In this document: positions 1 through 13,775 of the stretch, in pieces
How the letters are laid out: the number at the start of each line of letters is the position of its first letter
Numbering within the stretch: position 1 is the stretch's first letter
Assembly: GCA_030704615.1 (NCBI GenBank)
Contig: CM060733.1
Span: 64,604,001-64,668,000, forward strand
Reading direction: 5' to 3'
DNA from: Takakia lepidozioides
Taxonomy: Eukaryota; Plantae; Bryophyta
Length of the DNA: 64,000 nucleotides
Notes under the pieces: model-generated
The model's input: the letters and a program-made list of their open reading frames with translations, nothing else
Databases searched by the model: none
Told to the model about the DNA's origin: nothing
Position numbers and translations under genes: made by a program

Positions 1-2714
1 CCCCGCGGACAGTCACAGAAGTATATATAGGGAGTAGTAACCCCGAGAACGGTGCAAGCCCGTTGGTGACCAAAAACTAGTGAGTAAGCGTGCGAGCTGG
101 AAAGCGACCAAGGTGTGGGGAGCTATTCCGGACTGCCATCGACCAAAGAGAATTTCCACTAGGCCCAAATTGGGAGAGGGTCTTGTGGAGGAGTAAAGGG
201 GGACCGTTATGTCCCGGTGAGCAGCCGAAGCTCCGAGTTGGCCCGATGGCCAGTTAGGGAGTTAGGTGCGCGCATCAAAGCGAGTAACTATGACTTGAAG
301 GGGAGCTTACCGAAGTGAGGTACGCGACACCCTCCCTCTCCTCCTCCTTCACCTTGCTAGGTCTGTTCCGTTGTCATTCAAGAAGACTAGGGGCTATCTC
401 AACCTAGGCTACCTAGTCTTATTCAAGTATTACCTACATGGTAGGCAGGGCACTCCTTGTTTCGCTGCCTGCTCACTGTTTCTAATGACATTTGTTCGCT
501 ATGCAATTAGTATCTTGGATACTGGCTACTGTTCTTCGGGGCATCTGTCACGAATCTCATGAGTCTTTGTCTTATGGCGGCCTTTGGGCATCTAAGGGTT
601 TAATTTTTTCCCTTCAATAATTTTTAATAAAGTTCTCAAGGGCTACCTCCCCTTTCTTTTAAAAAACAAATTAAAAAAATGTGATGAAAATGACCATAAG
701 GAATTTTCTCAAGTGAATGTAAGTTTGATTATGCACATGAGATTGAAATGTGTAAAGTAATATAAGTTAACCCCTAAACGACGAGCTAACTTTTTGGACT
801 TTTTGACAAAACAGGTATATACCCTCTCTAAAATCGCTGTAACTACCTAACCACTAAAATCCACGTGGATGAACCGTACACGTGCATTCCTACTGACATT
901 ATGAATGATGTGGAAAAATTACAGGACTTTTGACCGTTGTATTTGGGAGATTATAACAAAATAAAAAGGCCTAAATTGTGAAAATGCAAAAAACTAAGTG
1001 ACAAAAATGGGTTTGACCATGCCAAATTGGCATTTTCTAGATTTTTCCTGAGTGAATGGGTTCCAGATTTGGAATTTGGGCCAGTGAAGGAGTACTCCCT
1101 GCAAAAATGGGCCTGAACCCCAAAATTAGAGGGGGGGTGCTATGTATGTGAAGGAGGGGGGGTAAAATTCATTCCAAGTTGCTCTGGCTAGCTGAGGGCT
1201 TCCAAATGCCCTGAAATAGGGACTTGCCAGGAAATTCCAACGGTCATTCTATGAAGCACTCCACTGCAAAGGCCTCTGCAAAAAAAAATTGGGATTTGGA
1301 GGGAGGTTCATACATGGATGGGGAAAAGACTGGATTTCCCGGCCAACAGCAAAGCAGGCCTTCTGGTGCCGGAAACGTGCCGGAAACAATGGTTTGACCT
1401 GCCAGCTGTGCAAATCCCGGGGTTCCGTGCCCGGTCAACAAGCGTGACCACCTCCTGCACCACACAAAATGGCAAAACCTTGCCACGCCATAAATTCTAG
1501 CATGCAGGGAATTTATTGAATCCCTAAAATTCTTGCTGCAGCGTGTAGAGGACTTGGATGGGCCTCTAGACTGGATGGACGTCCAGAATTCAATTCTCAT
1601 TTAGATAATTTGATAGACATCATGTAAGCATTTGACATGTATTGTCATTTTTAGATTCCAAACACCATCCTCCTTTAATAAGTTATGAAATACATCATAC
1701 ATTGACTTGATCCTTGTAAATAATACAGCACAAAAATATTTGATATTGAATTCTCAAGCATCGTTGTCGTAGGCCTTGTGACGTATTTTTTGCACTTCAA
1801 ATGGATTTTTTCGTGCATGTAAGTTTTTGTGGCACATATAGACTTATTTATTGTTTATTTGTAAACAATTCATCTTTCAACTTTAATTCAACCACCAATA
1901 TTTTAAATTTATTATGTCAATCCATTCACATTCTGTTTCTTCTATTAATCACTTTGAAACTTCTGATTTCACTTATAGTTCTGAATTTTATATATTGATA
2001 GTATTAATGTTCAACAATTCATATAAATGAGATGGTGCACTATAGTACCCCTTGCAATTTCAAAGCATGGACATATGACAACAACAAATTTTAAGGGATG
2101 TCTTGTGTGAACATTTTCGGAGGACTGGCAATGACATACGTTCTGCTTGTAAGCGGACTCTGCATCTTGGACATTAAATAAGATTAATCTTATGCTATAA
2201 GAACTTACATATTCAAGCCGTCAATAATACTTGTTTTTGGAAGCATGTGATGCAGCATACACCTTCCACATAAAAATTTGGACGTAATTGCGCTTGGTTG
2301 TTTTAGAATTAGACACACACTCCATAGATTCATATAATCAATAAAATATAGTTAATTTGACATAATTCTTTCCAAAAACCCATATTATGCGATCTGAGCA
2401 GATATTTCAAACTACACTTTTTGATTAGATTCATATACTCTTGTCGATAGAAGTTGGAAAAATAAAATATTATGAAATTGTCTCAAAAATTGAAAACAAT
2501 TGGATCTCTTGACCAATCTAGGGGGAACATACATAATGTTACATTCATATTGTCTTCAGATAAATATATAAATATATATGCAGTAATGAGTCATTTCTAC
2601 AGAGATGTACAAACAATTACTCTTCATATATCATCAGATAAATTGATTGACAAAATATGAAGATGCAGGTGGCTTGCAAATGAAAAGTACTTGTAATTTG
2701 ATTGTGGAGATAAT

Positions 2715-4260
2715 TTAAACTATCGCATCCAAGCGAGGCTCAAAAGAGATACCATCCAAGAGCCCATCACGCATGCGGTGGTCTGGCAATGAGCAACGAG
2801 GCAATCGCCGCCAAAGATTTTTTGACAAATCATATAACAATATCAATCTATCTCGTAGACCCCCTGTTATGTAAAGCATTACAAGATTGTTGTATCCAGT
2901 GCAACTGAAAGAAGCACCATCCCTAAGGAATTCCTCACATAACATACTTGGCATCGTATCCACCTAAACCAATACATGTTTTAGTTTGTTTTCAACATAT
3001 TCCATAATCGAAAACAATTGAAAAAACATTAATTTTAGTTGGGGATTCCATCACTTCAAATTACTTTTGTGTATTATGTTATAAACTCTGCAGACGAATT
3101 ATTAGAAAAGTGTTTTCATGATTATATGTACATTAACTTTTATATCCAAAAAATTATCATAGTGAAACTTCTAATACCTCTGTCCACTCCAAACGCGTCC
3201 TTTCAAGTTCCAATATACATATTCTTTTAGTAATATCATTTTTCAAAAGCCCACCTACAGTATATATTCGTCCTTGGTATTCAACTAGTGCATGGTAATC
3301 AAAAGCGTGAGGCATCGGTGCTTGAATTTGACTCCAAACACCTTGTTGCATGTCGTAGGCTACCAAACCATCAAATTGGAACCGCCGTGAATAGAGAAAT
3401 CCATTGCAAAGTATACCATGGTGCCATCTGTAGAACCCCGGGGGAAGAATACATGTTTTTTTCCAACAATTTGTAGCCGAGTCATAAACCTGAAACACCA
3501 TCAAATAACTTAAATCTACTTGGGGTTTAAGGCCGGAAAACATTATATTTATAAACATATCAACTCCACGACAAAAATTATCAAACGTGGAACGTTATTG
3601 TAAGTATGAGGGTAAAATATATTATGAAGAAGTTGATTAAATTTGAAGCGTGTTAGGTACCTCATATATTTCGCAATTGCCTGCAACAAGAACCTTATAA
3701 GTTTTTGTCTCTTTATCTACAACCATACCCACTGTGTACAACCGAAAAGGTTGATTAAGCATGGGAGGAAGTTCCCGCCACGTCTTAGTGAGGGGATTGC
3801 ATACCACAAACGTCTTCCAACCATCCACATAACATCCAAAACAAACCAAGCCTCCAGCAGCAGCAGCCGGGAAAAAAGTTTCATTTTGTGGAAGAGAAGG
3901 GAGAGGGATGTGGTGCCATTTATTCGATGTTGGATCAAATGTTGAACCATCTCGATAATCATCATCTGTGAACATTAAGAACCAAGGACCTTCTGAGGGA
4001 GCCTCAGCATATGCTTGAAGAAAATTTTGAGAGAATATCAGGTTGTTCCAGCTTTTGCATACACAACGAAATCTGGAAAAACATGTAACGGGCAGACGGA
4101 CCAGAATTCTTTCCAAAAGATGCTCTGGCATATTGCTCCAAAGTGAGGAGTTCATACTCACTTTGCAAGTGGAAATGGAGCCTCCTTGTTCACAATCTAC
4201 TACTTTGGTCATTTCTAGTTCGCGTTTCTTTGCTCTGGTCATTGCCATAAAGGGCGACAT
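2715..4260 (-). CDS. F-box/kelch-repeat protein, 3 coding exons (about 3661-4260, 3178-3489, 2715-2963)
   Basis: F-box motif WSNMPEHLLERILVRLP..RFRCVCKSWN, kelch-like repeats (VVCNPLTKTWRELPPM, EVYDSATNCW, LYDLSKNLW) and C-terminal FEPRLDA. GT-AG introns 3490-3660 and 2964-3177 join the exons in frame. The start codon is uncertain. Confidence 0.9.
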
Positions 4261-5329
4261 TGCGAGATGTCTTCTTTGAATTGAATCGAAAAAGTTGGAC
4301 CTCACATAATTAGAGCTTACTAAGTTTACATGCCCAAAAAGACAAAAATTGTAAAATAAACATGTACTTAGTGTCTCTAGCCATCAATTTACAAATTAGA
4401 GAAAAATGCATTCAATACTCTAAATTTGTGTATGTAGAATGATGTGCTTACGTAGCCTTCAATGCTTACTAATGATTGTCCAAGTTTCTTATGATATTAG
4501 GATGTAGCTTTCCATACTCACTTAGATCTCTCAAGCGAATGATTTGAACTCCACAATCACACAACCCTTCATATTGTAAGATTAAATGTATGAACAAAGC
4601 ATCTATTCAAATAAATCTTCTTATTTAGAAAAAAAGTTATCCTACAACTCTTTATTCTTTTTGCTTTTCATTTGTTGTAATTATTTGCATGTCTTTTGTT
4701 CTTTTGTGTTTTCTTGTCTATTTTAAATGGGAGTTGAAAAGGTGTAATATATTTTCAAAGAGTCATACTAAGTCATCGGAATGGTTGTGTCTTTTCGAAC
4801 ATATGTATGCCATTGGCACATTATAAGCTCAATTAAACAAACATAAGGATGCTACAACTCGGAGCAAATACATGTATATCATTGAGTAAAATAAACTAAA
4901 ATAATTATGATATCGACTAAATTGATATATTTTGAAATATGAGCCAAAACACCTAGTAAAGTTTTGAAGTTCAATTCAAAACTATAGCAATTATCATAAT
5001 TGGGTAATTAGAAAACCCAAAAAAAGAATATTCAGTAAACACATGGATAATCCTTGACATTTTATATTAATTCGTTCCTAGTCAATAATAATTAGAGGCT
5101 TACATATTTTTATTTTTATTTTGTCCACATTTTTTGTTAAATAAATATTATTCAGATTTTGTCTATTTTCTTTAAAAATAAATAAATAATCATATATCAA
5201 TAATCTACGCCCAGACGTCGCAATTTGGGGCTGTGACCCTGCCCCACAAGAGGGTGTTGGCGACGCCACGGTGTCGCCCCAGCATCGCTATCCCCCCCCC
5301 CCCCCCCCCCCCCCCCCTCCCCAGTAAGT

Positions 5330-6137
5330 GGTCCACGTTGTCCGTGGCCCTGCCTCGTTTTGACTCCCCTTGCACATAGAGCTTGAGGTCCCTTCTGTTG
5401 CGGACCCATGCTTTGCCAGAGCCATCCTTCAACATCTTTCTGCCTCCCTTCCAAGCATCAGTTTTTCATGATCCTTGTATCCAAGAAAAGAATAAGGACC
5501 CTCCCATGGGCTGATCATGGCCCCATGCTTGTCTGGTTTGATCATCATTACCAGATCCCCAGTAGATAGCTCTTCATATTTGTGGCCAGCCTGATGCTTT
5601 GCGTTCATAGTTACGGGCATGCTGCCTTTGGCCCTTTTGAACATTCATTTGTATCTTTTCATGCATCTCAGACAGGAACGACACCTTGTCCCTCATCATT
5701 TTTGCTATGGCCTCAGGACGATCACTCTCTTTTGTTGACTCTAGCAGCATTTTCAGTTTGTTGTCAATGCCCAGCCTAGGCTCTCTCCCTGTCAAGATCT
5801 GATAAGGGGAGAAATTGGTAGTGGCTTGAACCCCCATGCGGTAACCAATAAGAGCTCGGTACAGGTTACTTGCTATTTTCCACCCCCAATGTTGTAAAGC
5901 TCATCTTGAGGGATTTAATCACCCACTCTAGTACCATTCCGTTGCACTGTGGCCAATAAAGGGCACTGTGCTCCATTTTTATACCATATTTCAATGTGCA
6001 CAATTGTTCAAACTCTCCCATCCATTCTGTGCCGTTGTCAGTGAGAATGAAGCAGGGGCATCCATACATGCAGATTATTTTTTCTTCCCAGAATCTCGTC
6101 GTAAGAAGTGATGAGTGATCCGACACAGGTGCTGCCT
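5330..6137 (-). pseudogene. Degenerate Ty3/gypsy integrase fragment
   Basis: YGCPCFILTDNGTEW, HSALYWPQCNGMVLE, QATTNFSPYQILTGREPRL and SPWEGPY, spread over several frames. It is cut at 6137 by a younger LTR. Confidence 0.8.
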
Positions 6138-7071
6138 TGTCGCGCGGCTTTTACTCACCCATCCCTTCGCTATCCGAGGTGGGAACTCCAAGACAGAAGA
6201 GTTGGAAATCTCTAAGCACTCAGCCCGCTCAGAACAATCAGTCATGACCTACAGCTAGTGTATCATGGGGGTGTTTCCTATTTGTACTCCTTCCCGCATT
6301 CATGTTAACGAGTTACCTTACTATCTGCAATTAAGTATCAGTTTGCTTCAGAAATCTATCAAGTTCCATCCATTCATTCCATAGCTTCACTCAGGTCTCT
6401 CTACACAGTGTGAGTATGAAGTATGTATTAGATTAATATCTATCAAGTATCAGGATGAAGCCATGGTGTCTCTATTCTGCTCTACATTACAACTCTACTT
6501 CTTGCATTCAGCAAGTATCAACAGGTCATTCTCCTCCTACTCCGTGCTCACCCTCTTTCTGCTCAAAGATCCGCTCTCCGCTTCATTTCCAAGTTGTGAT
6601 CCTCTTCCCCGAAGTCCTTCCAAAAGTGCCCCCAGAAGTCCCCCTTCTTGACTTTATCCCCCTACAAGCTGTTCTAACCGCTTTCCTAACTAACCGTCAT
6701 CCCTATAGTACACGTTCTTTTTGCAGATGTCGTTCCTTCACAGTCGTTCCCTGCCATTGATAACTGTTCCCCAGCAGTGCGAAGCTGTGACTGGCTGTGT
6801 AAGGCTGTGGCGGACTGTGACTGGTTGTGTCGGGCTGTGTAGGGCTGTGCGAAGCTGTGGCGGCTGTGTCGAGCTGTGTCGGGCTGTGTCGGGCTGTGAC
6901 GGGCTGTGTCGGACTGTGACGGGCTGTGTTGGCTGTGATGGGCTGTGTAACCCCCCCCCTAAAGTGCGCTGCTGTCACCCCTAAGGCTCATGTTGGTCTC
7001 AGTCTGTGCAAAAATTAAGGGTATCCCACAGATCCTGTAAAAGTGTCTAAGTCCCAAGCAGCCTTCTAACA
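6138..7071 (-). mobile_element. 3' LTR of a Ty3/gypsy-type retrotransposon
   Basis: TGT...ACA termini. On the minus strand a polypurine tract (GAGAGGGGGAGGGGTAAA, about 7072-7090) lies immediately before TGTTAG. The LTR interrupts the older integrase. Confidence 0.65.
6783..6948. repeat. Tandem 10-bp minisatellite (GGGCTGTGTC-like) inside the LTR
   Basis: About 16 imperfect copies of GRCTGTGWCG seen directly. Confidence 0.9.
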
Positions 7072-7110
7072 TTTACCCCTCCCCCTCTCAAAAAGTCGTG
7101 TCCTTGCGGT

Positions 7111-10100
7111 TTACTGTTTGGGATTAGCAAACCTTTGTGAACGAGCACCCTTCTGACGTTGAGAGTCTCGTGAAGGACTCTGTGTGCGAGCCCGAGGTCT
7201 GTCACTGGTTGACGGAGATGATTGAACACTACCTGGATATGTGAGGCCCTCTGGAGGCTGATATCGAGGTAATCTTTCAGGCATAGGAGACCCCCGTCGC
7301 TTCTTCTCTGCCATCTGAATTGCATAGTCTTCTCCCATGTCAAAAGAGTCCGCTGAAGAAACAGTTGTATCAGAATCCTCATCGCCTCTCAGGTGTTTTA
7401 ACTGCCGAACTTTTTGTGGAATCCTATGGGGCATACAATGTTGTCCTACCATGTCTGGAAGTTTAAACTGCAAAACTCGCTGTAAACGCTGAATGGCAAA
7501 ATTGGTGAAGACCCTGAGCTTCTTGTCTGTCCAGGTGAGTGGGGTACCAATGACTTGTGAATTGTGCAAGTATTTCCATGCCTCATGTCCCTTAAAGAAA
7601 ATATCGTCAGGGCCGAATTTATGTGTTGACAAATTGTTCCAAGCCGCATGAAACCATGAACGAATTTGAGAATCCTTTTGCATCATAACTTTTGCCTCAT
7701 ATAGGTACATATGAGGTGACACTGAAGGTAAGACCCAATAATCCCCACTGGAATAACTCAGAAAGCGCGTTTGCATCTTCTGCTGCTCAATGTGATAACG
7801 TACCAGAAAACAAGCAGCGTAGTATAACCCGCAACCCATGACAATACTTGCTACCTCCTTGGTCTTGGTATAAATGAATCCATGTACAACTTGGAAGACA
7901 ATTAATTCCTTCAACATGGTACTTGCCTCATGCCAGTACTGCGCAAAGTGATGATCCTCAATTGGTCGATTGTTCGGAAGAACTTTAGTCCTAGTTGCCA
8001 CTTGGCAGCCAAATGCGCATGATTTGATAGTAATGTGTCAATGACTGCGGAGGACTAAATTCCTTCCAAGCCAAATCCAACACAATGGGAATTTGGTTGA
8101 AGGGCATAATCATAGCCCGACTGTACTCCCGTGCAGCAGGAGTTTTAGGTGGGTTAAAAGCAACATTCCCCCATACCTCAGGCTGTGGTGGTTGTGGTGT
8201 GGCTGTAGTAACAACAGGGTCAGCTACTGGCACAGTGACTTGTTGTGGTGTTGGTGGCACTGGCTCTTGTACCATTGGCATCTCCTGCACCCCTTGCGAA
8301 GAAGACTGAAAAGCCAAAGTTCTGGCTTGTAAATAAGAAGCCATCAGTTGTTCCTCAGGTACAAAGACTCTCTTGTCAATATTTGATGTCAGGTCCTCTA
8401 CCTGAGTCTGCAGGCCGTCTACATCCTCTTGTAGCTCCGCTATTTTACTATAGACATTGTCTATAGTAGTTGTGGCAATGTTCTGCACTTGCAATCTGAG
8501 CTCATTCATCTCGCTTTGGGTGAGCTTTCGTGGTGCTTTGCCCTCCACTGGCCCTTGTGCTAACCAGACCTGCATAAGGTGGTTATCCACCAATTTGCTT
8601 GTGGCACCCCTGAGAGTCTGCTCCTCTGTGAGCCTGTACACATCTGTTGTAAAGCCTCCATGCGCTTCGCATGAGGTTCAACCAAATTCGCATATGTAGC
8701 AGCCAGATTATTGGCTTCCTTCCAAGCCTTGTTAGCCACAGAGAGTTCATTTCTATTGGACATGAACGTTTGTTGCAATTCCAGGATGTACCTCTCTTGG
8801 TCAGCTTCAACCTGCCTGTATTGCTTGAAGGTATTCTCATTGCGACAGATTGTATTCTTCATATCGACAATGAGTTTCGCTTGCTCGACATTCTCTGCCT
8901 CTGCCTTCGTACATCTTTCCGCTTGACTGTTAACTTCTAGTGTGCTCAAGCGTAGTTGTGATTGTAGCACATTGTATGGCCATCTTGTTATGCACTGTCT
9001 GCAACTCCATATGTAGTGCCTTCACTTCTTGCAACTTGCTTTCATGCTTCACCTGCATTTGGTATAGCTGTTGCTTATGTGTTTCGTGCAACTGGTCTTG
9101 CGCGAGGCCTGCCTCAATCAAATGTTCCTTGGCCAATTGCAAAGCAGCTTCTGTACTCTCTAAGTCTTGCTGTATCTTGAGAGTGACCTCCTCATCGACC
9201 TTGTTTGCACACTCAGTGGCAAGTCGAGCCTCAAACTCCTTCCTGAGTTCCTCCCTCAAAGTTGCCAATTGGGTAGTTGGAACATGAGATTTGACATAAG
9301 TGCCCAACAAATTAAGTGTCCTGTTTATGGAACTCATAAGCATGGCCTGTTGAGGGTCATCATGGTGAGCTTGCTGTTGTTCTCCCTGATCCTCAACAGT
9401 TTGATGCCTCACGAACCATTCAGGCCATTGCCCCACCAAATTTTCTTCCTGAACCACTTCATCCGTCACAGGTGCTGCAGTGTCTTGACATTCTACCTGT
9501 GGTACCTCCGTCACAGGTGTGTGTATTATATGCATAGCAGGGTTTCCCCTGGACACCTGCTGCACCTCTGCAATCATTGTTTCCCTAACCAGAGCAGAAT
9601 TTTCATAGAGAAGGTCCCCCTTCTCAATTTCTGCCACCACCTGTTCTGTAGTGGGAATGTCTAACCCTTCTTTCTCCAAATCAATTATTTGTGGTGGAAC
9701 TGCATGGACAACTTGTGGTAACTCTGTGACAAGCCGATCATCTGGCTGTGATGGCTGTGATACCGAAGTAACTTCATCTTCCCTCTCTGAAGGCCCTGCT
9801 TCCAATAATAGCAGCTCTCTGTGCTGCTGTGCCCCTTCCTGCACAAGAGCTTGGGAAACATTATCATGCGGTTTCCGTGAAGCCAGTGGATCCACCACTA
9901 CAGTCTTTCCCCACCTCTTTCTCTTAGACTCGGGTTGCCCTGCCAGTCCACCCTCACTGTGTGAAGAGCCTTGCTCTTCCATTGCAGTGGTTTCGGTCTC
10001 AAACACTCCCATCTCATTTCTTTCCCGAGCATCAAGTATGCAAGAATCAAGAATTATTTGAGCAATGATTGGGCCAGACACTATGATATGAGACTTTGCG

Positions 10101-10460
10101 GCAGTGCCCTGTAATCTTTTCATCTCTTCTACCAGTGCGTTGTACATTATGTCCGCCCATGCTACCTCTTCTCCTCTCAGGGCTTTGAGTAAATCCTCTG
10201 TGAAGGATCTGCTCAAATATTGTTGGTTCTGTTTCATGGCAAACAGAACGTTCAATACCTACCTCCATTAGCCCTGGGTACATGGCCTTGGTACAAGCAT
10301 AACCCTGAGTTTTAAAGAAACTCCCTTCTTGGAATAAGTCCCCTATTTGCAGTCTTGCCCTGTGCTCCTCCACATGCACCTAACCTGATGGCAATTCAAA
10401 CAATTGCTGTAGGTATAGGGGAGTAATTTCTAATTCAACTCTCTTCACCGTTGTTGCTCC
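7111..10460 (-). pseudogene. Additional 3' ORFs of the LTR retrotransposon (coiled-coil and plant-transposon-domain-like), frameshifted
   Basis: Overlapping ORFs 7111-8001, 7991-8641, 8560-8970, 8930-10255 and 10047-10379 lie directly upstream of the PPT. They have E/Q/K-rich heptad stretches and no gag/pol motifs. Confidence 0.55.
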
Positions 10461-11129
10461 CGTCCTAGGCCCGATAGGGCGAGCCTGTATTTTGCCGGGT
10501 GGAACGAAACCCTGAGAGCAGGTACCCGCTGATGCTTATTGATCGTATGGTCGAGAGGAGTTCTTTTTGTCTGTATGGTCTATGTACACATATTATGCTC
10601 TCTCTCGTATTCTTCATTTTGCTTGTATTCCATACATGCTCTTTGCCGCTCATCCGTAACTATTGGTGGATGGCACAATATTGTAGTTCAACGTTTCCAC
10701 AGCAAATTGCTTGAGTTGTAGTGATCTGAGACTGATTTGTTGCTATATATGCAATATGCATGAAAAATTCACTCAACCGGCAGGATGTAGGAGTTGAAGT
10801 TCTAGGGTATTTAGATCATATTCTAATTGTTCTGTCTAGATCATGAGGTAGAGATCAGTAGTTTCATGCGCTTGGAATGGTTGTGGTTTGTCAAAATTAA
10901 AGAAGTAGCAGGATTCATGATCAGTGTGCAAGAGGTTTCGTGTGTGTAACATATCAGTTCGAGCAGTCATCGGGTTATACGTATCTAGGTGACATTACGT
11001 CATTTGAGTTTATCATGGATGGCATTGACCTCAATGATGATTATGCCATACTCGGATCACACGCAATTACCAGTGATGTTAATCCATTTCATATTGAAGA
11101 TAGGTTTCAGCCTGATACACTTTTGCACA

Positions 11130-11212
11130 GGGGGGCTGCTATTTCATGAGCCATGAGCCATGAGCGGCATGAGCCATGAGCAGAGTCGTAAGTGTGGAAA
11201 AAAACATGAGCA
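11130..11212 (+). repeat. Left terminal inverted repeat with subterminal CATGAGC heptamers
   Basis: Near-identical to 34144-34212 and to the reverse complement of 30555-30589. Confidence 0.9.
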
Positions 11213-11593
11213 GCACTATTTTCCGGAAATGAGTGTCCGCGGGAATAGGGTTTAGGGTGCCACGGTCATAGGGGGAGAAGGACCTCCCGATGAAGGAGGT
11301 TCGGCAATGTTATTTAGAATTATATATTGAAAGGCAATGTTTCGCGAATGGTAGGGTGGTACTGCTCTGTACAATGGGGGCCCATTTCAGCCTACCAGCC
11401 ATTTGCAAAATCCACCCACACTCCCAATCCCAAACGAAATGAGCAATGACGCATTCTCGGAACGATGGACACAGAATAGAATAAAAAGAGGGCACAATGA
11501 GGTTTTTATTGATCCACATGAATTGCATTTGAAGCACGTCTACTGTGCTGATTGTGCCATCAAATCTTGAGCCCTGTGCCTACTGAATACAAG

Positions 11594-12157
11594 TCACGTT
11601 GTCAATGGGACTTCGACTGCTCTCAGAACTAGCTCATGAGTCATGGGGCTCCTCCATGTAAAGTCGATTGCAGCCGTTGTACCGCCCCTAGTGATGTTCA
11701 CCACAATGTCCTGCCCTTCAATCATACCACCATCGAATATGGAAATCTTCACGTTTTCGTCGTCCACACCAATGCGAATGTCCCCATACAATGGAGAAGA
11801 GGAGCGCACTCCTCGAGGAGAATAGGTCTCTCCGATGGAGTCCACCCACGTCCAGTGGCAGCAGTTCCACCGCAACAGCATAGCAGTGCGCCTTCTTCTG
11901 CATGGGTGACCGTCGTAGCTGGGAAAATCGGAATCGAGGATGCGCAGGAGCCACGGACTCCTCAGACCAAGATCGTCACCCGCCCCTCGAAGGCGTAGTG
12001 GCCTACGATATACTCAAAAGCCACCAATGTTTCCACAATCGAACCAGTATCTTCTGTAATCTGTGTACCAGATAACAATGTCTCCCGATGTGGCCGAATA
12101 CATTGCATAATCGATGCCTCCAAAGGGGCAGTCGTCCCGGTTCCGGAAGCACGGCAT
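11594..12157 (-). pseudogene. Transposon-encoded ~190-aa unknown protein (RWNCCxWT family), frameshifted
   Basis: MPCFRNRDDCP...SGDIVIW and LLRWNCCHWTWVDSIGE...DGGMIEGQDIVV...ELVLRAVEVP align by eye to the intact ORF 35689-36267. Confidence 0.7.
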
Positions 12158-12779
12158 CCTTGCAAAGGAGGACCTGAGGACGACTTGGATGCCGATGACC
12201 TTGCGGACAGCTACGAAGCCCTTAGATTTGGAAAAGATACGAAGCGGAAGAGCAGTCCGGCCTCCAAAATGGAGCATCTGGGTCACACGTACCCACCGAC
12301 GGAGGTGGAACGTGTTCATCACGCCAGCGGTGGATGAAGCCATACATCTTTCTCATCAACAAGTTATAGTTTGAGATCTGCCACCGAAGTCCATCCCCCG
12401 GATGGAAATTCGGCGGCCGCATTTACATCGAAGAGGGGATGGACTTCGTCGTGTCCAGTGGCTATCGGCCCACCTGGCAGTGAGTGCCCATAGTTTGCAT
12501 GGCAGGGTAGGAAACTGAAACGGCTACATTCATGCAGCAGCCAATCTTCATCGGTCCAGGATCCTGTACGGGGGAAATTTAAATGTGCCCTGGAGTGTGC
12601 CCTGGAATGTACCTCACTTCTGTATGACTGTGTTTCATTGTGTTGAATAACTCTCGGATTTGGCCCACTGTTTACAATTTGATGTCTCATTTCTACATTT
12701 GTCTGTCGGTTTGAATAAAGCAGAGTAACCGGTATGTGAGTCATGTGTCAAGAATATACCAAGTAACGCCATGTCGGAC

Positions 12780-13595
12780 ATTGAAATGCGGCACCCGCAT
12801 TTCCATGTCGGCATCGAAATGCGGCGCCGCATTTCCATGTCGGCTTGAAATGCGGCGCCGCATTTCCATGTCGGATCGAAATGCGGTGCCGCATTTCCTG
12901 TCCCATCGAAATGCGGCACACGCATTTCCATGTCGGACATCGAAATGGCACCGCATTTCCATGTGGGACAAGAAAATGCTGTGCATCATTTCCGTCCAGG
13001 TACACGAAATACCAACACGGGTCTATAAATTGATCAGAAAACGAGGTTGGCATTGCAAATGCGGCGACGCATTTCCATTTCCAGCTTGCAATGGAAACTT
13101 CTTTTTGGACAAGGGAATGCGGTGCCGCATTTCCGTCCAACACTTCGAAAAGTGCACCTATTTCCGACCAGCGCGATGGAATGCGTTACCGCATTTCCGA
13201 GAGAGGGTCTGCAAATGGACAAATTGCGATGTCCGTTCTGGAAATGCGGCGCCGCATTTCCATGTCCGTCATCGACTTTTTTTTTACAATGGAATGCGGT
13301 GCCAATTTTTGCTGATGGGCCTGCAGTTCGAACAACGACCATCCCCAATATGGAAATGCGGCACCGCATTTCAATCCCGCCATGTCGGCCTCCTTGTTCG
13401 ACCTCCTTGTTCGACCTCTGTAAGCGTGGTGGCATCCATGCAATGAGCGGGAGAGGCCAAAACTGGCGTGTGGACAAAGGAAATTTTGGAAATGCGGCAC
13501 CGCATTCCCATTTCAGATTACTTTTTACTATGCCAACATTGAAATGGAAAATTAGTCCCTCCCCTGTTTTGGAAATGCGGTGCCGCATTTCCAAG
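12780..13595. repeat. Array of type-I palindromes GGAAATGCGG(CG/CA/TG)CCGCATTTCC; the first six units are about 31 bp apart
   Basis: Copies start near 12783, 12816, 12847, 12878, 12908, 12942, 13056, 13113, 13178, 13240, 13352, 13487 and 13571. Confidence 0.9.
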
Positions 13596-13775
13596 AGGTT
13601 CTTAGAGTTGCCAAATTTTGGAAATGCCCTGACCCATTTCTGATTTTGGGAGCGTCCTGGTTTGGGCGATTGTGTGGCTGGAATGCACACTGGAGAGGGT
13701 CACAATGTCGGGCAGAATTTTCTTTATATACTGTGGAAGAGAATTTACATTTACAGAGACTTCATTAAAATTCTA

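Noticed and set aside
1-1620. GC-richer segments that may be repeat or TE remnants
   Set aside because: No recognisable motifs, termini or second copy in the window.
5292-5318. Poly-C tracts (also 33705-33731) as functional elements
   Set aside because: Simple homopolymers inside decayed retroelements. The first may be an expanded PPT, but no clear adjacent LTR terminus was seen.
12635-13690. Many overlapping ORFs with MRRRIS/CGAAF/GNAAPHF peptides (also 19086-21335 and 36308-37453)
   Set aside because: These are translation artefacts of the stop-poor palindromic repeat in all six frames.
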